From: Promethearchaeota archaeon
GTDB lineage: Archaea > Asgardarchaeota > Odinarchaeia > Odinarchaeales > JBHLKK01
Assembly (NCBI GenBank): GCA_048939465.1
Contig: JBHLPL010000053.1
Coordinates: 1-12,809 of the forward strand
Length of the DNA stretch: 12,809 bases
Direction: 5' to 3'
A model generated the notes under the pieces. It was not told where the DNA came from and searched no databases. It saw only the letters and a program-made list of their open reading frames with translations. This document shows, one piece after another, positions 6,335 through 12,809 of this stretch (position 1 is the stretch's first letter; each line of letters starts with the position of its first letter). The position numbers were made by a program, and so were the translations under genes.

Positions 6335-7638
6335 AGGTGCCGACCATGAAGTCCATTAGTGATGTTGTTTGCTCATTTTGTGGATGTTTGTGTGACGATA
6401 TAGAAGTTGTCATAGACAATAATCGGATAGCAAAGGCCAAGAAAGCGTGTGCGTTAGGAAAGGCTAGATTGCTTACGGCAGAGGACCCAGAAAGATTAAG
6501 AAAACCTCTAGTACGGGAACAGGGAGAATTAGTCGATGCCAGTTTAGATCGAGCAATCAAGAATAGCGCTGGAATACTATCAAACGCAAAATTGCCTTTA
6601 TTATACGGATGGAGTACGACAAGCTGTGAAGCACAAAGAATCGGACTGGAAATAGCAGAAGAGATTGGGGGTATATTTGATAACACGACATCGGTCTGTC
6701 ACGGCCCGACCACATTAGCATACCATGAGGTGGGGATGAGCGCATGCACCCTAGGCGAAGTAAAAAACCGAGCGGATGTGATAATCTACTGGGGGAGCAA
6801 TCCACTAGAGGCTCATCCGCGACACATAAGCAGATACACGTATCTTTCTAAAGGTCTTTTCAGAAAGAGTCCGAAAGAGAGAGAACTCATTGTGGTTGAT
6901 GCCAGAGAAACCAAGAGTGCAAGACTTGCAACACGATTCTTGAAAGTAAAGCCAAACAGCGATTACGAACTTCTCTCTGCCTTAAGAATAGCAGTAAAAA
7001 CTGGAGATTTAGACCGTGAAACAGTGGCAGGTATCACTAAGGAAGAGATAATAGAGATTGCAGAGTTGATGAAGAATGCAGAATATGGTGCCTTGTTCTT
7101 TGGCTTAGGACTGACTATGAGCAGAGGAAAGCACAGGAATATAGACGCAGCGATATGTCTCACAAGTGATTTGAACGCGTACACAAAATGGGTAATAATG
7201 CCGATGAGAGGACACTATAATGTTACAGGAGCGAACGCGGTCTCGGCGTGGATTGCGGGTTTTCCTTTTGGAGTCGACTTTAGCAGAGGCTATCCTCGAT
7301 ATAACCCGGGAGAGACAACTGCCGTTGAACTCCTGTTGCGAGAAGAGGTTGATGCAGCATTAATAGTGGCATCAGATCCGGTATCAAACTTCCCAATAAA
7401 AGCAGCGGAACATCTTGCCAGAATACCGATGATTGCAATTGATCCCCACAGGACTCCTACGACTGAGATAGCGGATGTTGTAATCCCATCTGCTATTGTC
7501 GGAATTGAAGTCGAGGGAACTGCATATAGAATGGATCATGTACCCCTCAGATTGAAGAAGATGGTTGAACCTCCAGCAGGTTGTCTCGCTGATGAGGAGA
7601 TTCTGGAAAGATTGTTAAAGGCAATCAAAAAGCCCTGA
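6331..7638 (+). CDS. fwdB: Formylmethanofuran dehydrogenase subunit B (Mo/W-bis-MGD, [4Fe-4S])
   Basis: CSFCGCLCDD...C cluster motif, SVCHGPT with a Cys ligand (not Sec), WGSNPLEAHPRH, MRGHYNVTG and GTAYRMD. An alternative start is ATG 6346. Confidence 0.95.
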   Translation: MKVPTMKSISDVVCSFCGCLCDDIEVVIDNNRIAKAKKACALGKARLLTAEDPERLRKPLVREQGELVDASLDRAIKNSAGILSNAKLPLLYGWSTTSCEAQRIGLEIAEEIGGIFDNTTSVCHGPTTLAYHEVGMSACTLGEVKNRADVIIYWGSNPLEAHPRHISRYTYLSKGLFRKSPKERELIVVDARETKSARLATRFLKVKPNSDYELLSALRIAVKTGDLDRETVAGITKEEIIEIAELMKNAEYGALFFGLGLTMSRGKHRNIDAAICLTSDLNAYTKWVIMPMRGHYNVTGANAVSAWIAGFPFGVDFSRGYPRYNPGETTAVELLLREEVDAALIVASDPVSNFPIKAAEHLARIPMIAIDPHRTPTTEIADVVIPSAIVGIEVEGTAYRMDHVPLRLKKMVEPPAGCLADEEILERLLKAIKKP

Positions 7639-7641
7639 TTA

Positions 7642-9384
7642 ATGAAAGCAGGACGGATGAGAAAAGTGTCTACCCCCATTAGGAATTCACTAATTATAAA
7701 CAACGGAATTGTCTACGACCCGCTTAATGATATCATGGGAGAGAAGATGGATCTATACATCAAAAATGGCAAGATAGTGGAAGAGTTCAGAAAAAATGGT
7801 GCTAGAACAATAGACGCTCAAGGAATGCTTGTTATGCCTGGTGGTGTTGACATACACACACATATAGCAGGCTCCAAAGTAAACACAGGTCGCATGCTCA
7901 GACCGGAAGAACATCGAACATCGTTCGTACCCAAAGGTGTGATGCCCAGATCTGGCGGAGGATATTCGACTCCTACAACATACATATGTGGATATAGATA
8001 TGCCATCATGGGTTATACAACGGCATTCGAACCTGCTACACCGCCTCTAAAAACAAGACATACTCATGAAGAACTGAATGATATTCCGATTATTGATAAG
8101 GCCTGTTTTCCGTTGCTCGGAAATAATTGGATAATCATGAATTATCTCAGAGATGGTGAAACTGAGAGACTTAAGGGATACATAGCCTGGATCATGCGGG
8201 CTGTCAAAGGGTATGCGATCAAAGTTGTGGCACCAGGTTCTACTGAGGCTTGGAGCTGGGCTAAGGGGATATCAAGCCTCGACGAAGAAGTTCCTCACTT
8301 TGGTATCTCTCCAAGAGAAATAATCCGAGGACTTGTGGAGATAAATGAGGATCTGAAACTCCCGCATACAGTTCACCTACATACACTCAACTTGGGACGA
8401 CCCGGAAATTATGAAACGGCCATCGAAACAATGAGGATTCTAGAGGGTGTCAATCCCGCACGAGGACGTAAACGAGTGCTTCACGTTACTCACATTCAGT
8501 TTAATTCATACTCAGGTACATCCTGGAAGGATTTTGGTTCAGGTGCAGCAGAGATAGCCAACTACCTGAATTCGCACGACCACATAAGTGTTGACATGGG
8601 ACAGGTTGTTTTCGGGAATACAACCACCATGACTGCGGATGGTGAATGGCAATATCGACTTCGAAAACTGACCGGACTCAAATGGGTGAATGGAGATGTT
8701 GAACTAGAGACAGGAATGGGTGTGGTTCCTTATATTTTTTCACGTAAAAATCTCGTTAATGCTGTTCAATGGTCAATAGGATTAGAACTGGCCCTCCTGA
8801 CAGAAGATCCTTGGCAGATTTATCTTACCACTGATCATCCGAATGGGGGACCTTTTACAGCCTATCCTACGATCATCTCATGGCTTATGAGCAAGAAAGC
8901 CAGAGGAGAAATGCTGGAAAAAGTCCATAAAGCAGCGTCGGATAGGTCAACCTTGTCTGATGTTACCAGAGAATTTGATTTTGGAGAAATAGCAATAATA
9001 TCACGCGCGGCCACAGCCAAGGCCCTTGGCTTAAAGAACAAGGGACACCTAGGTTCTGGCGCCGATGCTGACATAGCCATATATCCGATCTATCCCAAGA
9101 AGGATGATGCGACCACCGAACCTAAAAAAGTGATTAAGGCTTTTTCCAAAACAGCCTACACGATTAAAGATGGGGCTGTGGTTGCTAAGAGAGGCAAAAT
9201 AGTCGAACAACCTTTTGGCAGAACCTTCTGGATAGATATAGAAATGCCAGAGAACATAATGAAAGAAACATATGATGACGTAAAGGAAACCTTTGAAAAA
9301 AACTATACAATCAATCTGTCAAACTACCTAATAGGAGATGAGGAACTCCTTAAATCATCTCCGATAAAGGTTAGCTCTCGATAG
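7642..9384 (+). CDS. fwdA: Formylmethanofuran dehydrogenase subunit A (amidohydrolase fold)
   Basis: Motifs MPGGVDIHTHIAG, GYTTAFEPA, HTVHLH, HVTHIQF and LTTDHPNGGPF. An alternative start is ATG 7657. Confidence 0.96.
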   Translation: MKAGRMRKVSTPIRNSLIINNGIVYDPLNDIMGEKMDLYIKNGKIVEEFRKNGARTIDAQGMLVMPGGVDIHTHIAGSKVNTGRMLRPEEHRTSFVPKGVMPRSGGGYSTPTTYICGYRYAIMGYTTAFEPATPPLKTRHTHEELNDIPIIDKACFPLLGNNWIIMNYLRDGETERLKGYIAWIMRAVKGYAIKVVAPGSTEAWSWAKGISSLDEEVPHFGISPREIIRGLVEINEDLKLPHTVHLHTLNLGRPGNYETAIETMRILEGVNPARGRKRVLHVTHIQFNSYSGTSWKDFGSGAAEIANYLNSHDHISVDMGQVVFGNTTTMTADGEWQYRLRKLTGLKWVNGDVELETGMGVVPYIFSRKNLVNAVQWSIGLELALLTEDPWQIYLTTDHPNGGPFTAYPTIISWLMSKKARGEMLEKVHKAASDRSTLSDVTREFDFGEIAIISRAATAKALGLKNKGHLGSGADADIAIYPIYPKKDDATTEPKKVIKAFSKTAYTIKDGAVVAKRGKIVEQPFGRTFWIDIEMPENIMKETYDDVKETFEKNYTINLSNYLIGDEELLKSSPIKVSSR

Positions 9385-9407
9385 AAATGAATCTGTGGGG
9401 AAGTAGG

Positions 9408-10217
9408 ATGAAGGAAATCGTGCTTACACTCAAGAAAGAATCAAAAGTTCCCCTTGAAGCTGAATTGATATCTCCAGACTCATTCTCAGGAAAGGAATTG
9501 AACGAGATTGCTAATCTTACGGCATGGCACGGAAACAAAAAGATTAAGCTGGGAGATTTCTTCAAGGCAGAGGGAGAACCGTCTGACAAACCGGAGGACT
9601 TGCACATAATAGTTAAAGGAGATGCTTCAAAAGTCAAATGGATCGGTAAACGAATGACCTCTGGTAAAATCACGATAGCAGGAAATGCGGGGATGCATGT
9701 TGGAGCTGAGATGTACGGGGGAGAAATTACGGTTGAGGGGGATGCTGAGAGTTGGGCCGGCACGGAGCTCCACGGAGGTCTGCTTCATATCAAAGGAAAT
9801 GCGGGGGATTACGTAGGCGCCGTGTACAGAGGAGAATGGAGAGGAATGAAAGAAGGGTTAATAGTGGTCGAGGGAAATGTTGGCAATGAACTAGCACTAT
9901 GGATGATGGGCGGAAGAATAATCGTGAAGGGGGGCGCAGGCCTATTTGCTGCCGCACATCTGAGGGGGGGAACTGTATTGATTCATGGTAATATAGGGAG
10001 GTTCTTAGGGGCAGAGATGAAAAAGGGCACAGTGGTTGCGCTTGGTAATCTAGAAAGCTTATTACCCGGATTCAAGTTTAATGAAGAAACACCCCTCTTA
10101 AAATTAGATGACGAAGAAGAACTGAAGGGTCCATTTCTCAGATTCATGGGGGACCTTGCAGAAAATGGAAAGGGAGAACTGTACCTTCTAAAGGAGAAAA
10201 ACAAGCATATAATCTGA
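9408..10217 (+). CDS. fwdC: Formylmethanofuran dehydrogenase subunit C (beta-helix)
   Basis: Repeated G.I.(I/V).G.AG...G..M.GG units, PLEAELISPD and YRGEWRGM. ATG 9408 is preferred over 9387 because MKEIVL resembles the usual N-terminus. Confidence 0.94.
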   Translation: MKEIVLTLKKESKVPLEAELISPDSFSGKELNEIANLTAWHGNKKIKLGDFFKAEGEPSDKPEDLHIIVKGDASKVKWIGKRMTSGKITIAGNAGMHVGAEMYGGEITVEGDAESWAGTELHGGLLHIKGNAGDYVGAVYRGEWRGMKEGLIVVEGNVGNELALWMMGGRIIVKGGAGLFAAAHLRGGTVLIHGNIGRFLGAEMKKGTVVALGNLESLLPGFKFNEETPLLKLDDEEELKGPFLRFMGDLAENGKGELYLLKEKNKHII

Positions 10218-10234
10218 ACCAAGTAGGAATCTAT

Positions 10235-10262
10235 CATTTTCTTTCTATGGATTTTGCTTTTG
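10235..10262 (+). terminator. T-rich terminator region after fwdC
   Basis: Several T tracts (CATTTTCTTTCT, ATTTTGCTTTTG) lie in the gap between the convergent fwdC and GPT genes. Confidence 0.35.
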
Positions 10263-10274
10263 TGGAAACCTAAG

Positions 10275-11255
10275 CTAAGGAAGAAAATACCACCAAGAAA
10301 GGACAATAGCAGAGACTACTACCTGGATTGAAATTAAAGTATATACGAGGCGTTTTTCACTTTGTGGTCCAAAGATACGTAGAATCAGATTAAGAAGTGT
10401 ACTATAATGAGAGTCATGAAGCAATCCTGTCTCTTTGTTAAAAGCAGGAAGTCTATGCTGAGGACATTCTCCGAGAAAATCCTTCATTGAATAGATGAAA
10501 TTTAGAAACTGGGGGATCGTACATAATATTATAATCTTTTCCATATTTGACAGAATAGATGTAACAATAATACACATTCCACTGAAGTAGGTATATGAAT
10601 TGCCAACGAAAACCCGAGCAGGATACCTGTTGTAATACGCAAGGGCAAGACTAGCTGCTAAGAACGGTGTCATCATGAATACGGAGAAGAGGCGTTCTGT
10701 TAAAACGCCCAACAGAAGCACTGCCCCTCCAAGCACAATTGATTGTCCAACTTCAAGTAGGTTTATCCCGGCATAGATGTTTATCGCATTGGCCATATAG
10801 ACGGTCATCGTAGGGATCAATAGCCAAGTGTAAACCAATCCAAGTTCAACAACACCAAAAAGAGGAAGAGAAATAGCGGTCTCACCGGCATAGTTTACTA
10901 TGAGAGGTATGGCGGAAACAAGAGGAATCAGCAATTTGTACCTCCAGCGTACGTTTAAAACATCATCCATAAACCCCAGAAGAAGAGCAGACGAAATTGC
11001 CAGCAGACTGGTGTAGATGAGATTAACTTGCATTCCAAGAAGTGGCGAAAAGGCTACGACGGAGAGAATAAAAATCATCCCGACAACCAACCCCAGACTC
11101 TCCGGGATCTTTGTCTCTTCGGCCCTGTGATAATCCACACCAGATAGACCATTTTCCATAAACTTGTGCCCGGCCGTTGGTATAAAGGCAAAGCTCAGTG
11201 CAAATGTAGCTATGAATTGCAAAAGGAATAGCCACCATAGAGATGCGAAAGCCAT
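10275..11255 (-). CDS. aglH: UDP-GlcNAc:dolichyl-phosphate GlcNAc-1-P transferase (DPAGT1/Alg7/AglH; PNPT family)
   Basis: Multi-TM protein with GVD....KIPESLG, LGFMDDVLNVRWRYKLLIP, NAINIYAGIN.LE, YPARVFVG, PQFLNF.YS and CPQHRLP. GGGTG SD upstream of the ATG. Confidence 0.9.
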   Translation of the reverse strand: MAFASLWWLFLLQFIATFALSFAFIPTAGHKFMENGLSGVDYHRAEETKIPESLGLVVGMIFILSVVAFSPLLGMQVNLIYTSLLAISSALLLGFMDDVLNVRWRYKLLIPLVSAIPLIVNYAGETAISLPLFGVVELGLVYTWLLIPTMTVYMANAINIYAGINLLEVGQSIVLGGAVLLLGVLTERLFSVFMMTPFLAASLALAYYNRYPARVFVGNSYTYFSGMCIIVTSILSNMEKIIILCTIPQFLNFIYSMKDFLGECPQHRLPAFNKETGLLHDSHYSTLLNLILRIFGPQSEKRLVYTLISIQVVVSAIVLSWWYFLP

Positions 11256-11317
11256 TTTGTAACACCCTTTAAACCGGAGTCCATCCTGATTGGAATCAAA
11301 GATTTAACTACTAATAT

Positions 11318-11377
11318 CTTATATATATGATTTCTATCGTGAAGACGTTCCTTCAACACTTTAAATAGCATTATTTT
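11318..11377. promoter_or_regulatory. Divergent TATA-box candidates for aglH (-) and ribL (+)
   Basis: Minus strand AGAAA-TC-ATATATATAAG (about 11318-11335). Plus strand TTTAAATA at 11370-11377. Confidence 0.45.
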
Positions 11378-11424
11378 ATTTAGTGATTGAAAGAGCATTC
11401 TAAGATTGGAGGGCAGGAGTATAG

Positions 11425-11886
11425 ATGAGGTCAAAGACTCAAAAACCAAGAGTCGTCGTTGGAGGAACCTTTGACCTAATCCACCCCGGACACTTGTACT
11501 TCCTCAAAAGAGCACGAGAATTCGGAAGACTGATTGTTGTAGTAGCAAGAGACAAGAATGTTGAAAGAATTAAGAAGCATAAACCAGTCATCCCGGAAAG
11601 ACAACGTTTAGCAGTGGTTAAAGGTATAAGATTTGTGGATGAGGCAGTCCTTGGCAATGAATCAGATGACCTATTGGATATAATGAAGGAATTAAGGCCA
11701 GATATCATAGTTTTGGGCCCAGATCAAGTATTTTCAGAAGAAGAGATGCAGAGCAGATTAAGAAGCCAAGGATTGAATGTTGAGATAATCCGTATTAACG
11801 AGGTTTGTGATGAATATCAGCTTTGTCACACTCAGAAGATCATTGAAGAAATATTAAATAGAAGAAGAGAATATGCAAATCGCTAG
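11425..11886 (+). CDS. ribL: Archaeal FAD synthetase (cytidylyltransferase fold)
   Basis: GGTFDLIHPGH (HxGH), VVVARD, QRL.VV..I..VD.A.LG and PDIIVLGPDQ, with C-terminal Cys residues. GGAG SD upstream. Confidence 0.88.
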   Translation: MRSKTQKPRVVVGGTFDLIHPGHLYFLKRAREFGRLIVVVARDKNVERIKKHKPVIPERQRLAVVKGIRFVDEAVLGNESDDLLDIMKELRPDIIVLGPDQVFSEEEMQSRLRSQGLNVEIIRINEVCDEYQLCHTQKIIEEILNRRREYANR

Positions 11887-11900
11887 AAATGTTTCTTTCT

Positions 11901-12578
11901 TTATTTTACTTCAGCCCTCTCTGCAACTACAGTTAAGCTTACAATATCCCCGTCTTCAAGACCTAGTTTCTTTCGGAGATTGGCTGGAGAGATTATCTCC
12001 AGAACATCGTTTCCATAATGCGTCCGTCTGATAAATATGACCGCTCCTTCCACCTTCCCGTCTACAACAACACGGTGGCATTTTACAGAACCAAAGGATC
12101 TACCTTCGTTTGTGAATCCCTCTATTACGATACCAGGAAGCAGATCCAGCATCTTTCTCGCGCGTAGATCATCTTGTGTTTTTACACGTATATTCAGCGT
12201 GCCAGCAAAAGGCTCAAATCCCAGCTTTGTCTTGAACTGCCGAGAATATCCTTCTCGACTTACATAGTAGGCACCTTCTCCCATTCCCTCGAAAACTTCT
12301 CCTTTAATCTCAAAAGGAGCAAGATGACCTTCAAAAATAGTACTTAAAGATATATAGACAGCTCTCAAAGCGTTCATACCTGTTTCTGTGATTTCGACCT
12401 TCTGCCCCTTTCTAGACACTTCACGAGTGATCCAGTCCATCTTTTCAAGTTCCTGAAGATGTCTTGATGCGGTCTGCTGACTTAATCCGAGCATCCCAGC
12501 CATTTTCACAGATGAGATCTCAATTTCCCTACCGATCTCAGCCAGTCGAAGCAATACAAACCATAAGCTGGTCTCCAT
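11901..12578 (-). CDS. ribK: CTP-dependent riboflavin kinase with N-terminal wHTH (RbkR type)
   Basis: wHTH LGLSQQTASRHLQELEKMDWITR, then the kinase motifs G.V..G.GEG.YY, GF.PF.GTLN, RTHY and LEIISP..LR..L.L.DGD. ATG 12578 with a GAGGAG SD is preferred over TTG 12596. Confidence 0.93.
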   Translation of the reverse strand: METSLWFVLLRLAEIGREIEISSVKMAGMLGLSQQTASRHLQELEKMDWITREVSRKGQKVEITETGMNALRAVYISLSTIFEGHLAPFEIKGEVFEGMGEGAYYVSREGYSRQFKTKLGFEPFAGTLNIRVKTQDDLRARKMLDLLPGIVIEGFTNEGRSFGSVKCHRVVVDGKVEGAVIFIRRTHYGNDVLEIISPANLRKKLGLEDGDIVSLTVVAERAEVK

Positions 12579-12657
12579 GAAAGATCTTCTCCTCAAAAAG
12601 TACTAGACGGTGATCCATAAAAGCTATTCTTAATCGTTGGAGATTTCGGATTGGCTT

Positions 12658-12807
12658 TTAACTGTGGAGCGACAGTAGTGGATTCAATCGTCTACCAAGA
12701 TTCCATATCTTTAGATATTCCCCTTGTATGATTCTTGTTTTTTCTTCCATTCTTATGTGTCGATTAATCTTTCCGAGGAAATCTTCGGCCAATGATTTCT
12801 CTTTTTC
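12658..12807 (-). CDS. 3' end of an unidentified CDS running in from the right edge
   Basis: Stop-free for 49 codons (EKEKSLAEDFLGKINRHIRMEEKTRIIQGEYLKIWNLGRRLNPLLSLHS*), with purine-rich codon usage like the neighbouring genes. The family was not recognised. Confidence 0.45.
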   Translation of the reverse strand, partial: EKEKSLAEDFLGKINRHIRMEEKTRIIQGEYLKIWNLGRRLNPLLSLHS

Positions 12808-12809
12808 AA

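Noticed and set aside
6691-6711. Possible selenocysteine in FwdB
   Set aside because: The ligand codon is TGT (Cys) in SVCHGP, and there is no in-frame TGA.
9681-9806. Repeated DNA word GGAAATGCGGGG in fwdC
   Set aside because: Explained by the Gly-rich beta-helix repeats (GNAG) of FwdC; not a CRISPR or mobile repeat.
235-12267. Other short ORFs in the track that overlap called genes (e.g. 235-486, 638-826, 1136-1360, 4211-4528, 5173-5523, 6324-6686, 9371-9763, 9983-10306, 11023-11265, 11439-11708, 12037-12267)
   Set aside because: They lie antisense to or out of frame within conserved genes, show the Ser/Ile/Phe-rich composition typical of reverse-frame artefacts, and have no motifs.

Overview
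Archaeal chromosomal window of housekeeping and metabolic genes. No mobile elements, tRNA/rRNA or CRISPR were seen. Left to right: (+) the 3' end of an EMC6-like membrane protein (missed by the ORF track), an Sfm1-like SPOUT methyltransferase and an A24 prepilin/archaellin peptidase; (-) an Lrp/AsnC regulator plus KaiC-like ATPase pair; (+) an 81-aa protein that is essentially only the RPC34/RPC39/TFEbeta-type C-x2-C-x5-C-x10-C Fe-S domain; (-) a MEMO1-family protein; (+) a PurM/HypE-like protein and a fwdDBAC formylmethanofuran dehydrogenase operon with its own promoter candidate; (-) a strongly eukaryote-like DPAGT1/Alg7 GlcNAc-1-P transferase; (+) ribL; (-) a wHTH-fused CTP-dependent riboflavin kinase (RbkR type); and a partial ORF at the right edge. 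BRE/TATA promoters, GGAGG/GGTG ribosome-binding sites, Fwd and several eukaryote-related proteins suggest an Asgard or TACK archaeon (inference). The most unusual items are the stand-alone Pol III C34/TFEbeta Fe-S domain, the near-eukaryotic DPAGT1 with altered active-site residues, and the Lrp (14-aa HTH insertion) plus KaiC-like pair. All family calls come from motif recognition by eye; no database searches were run.
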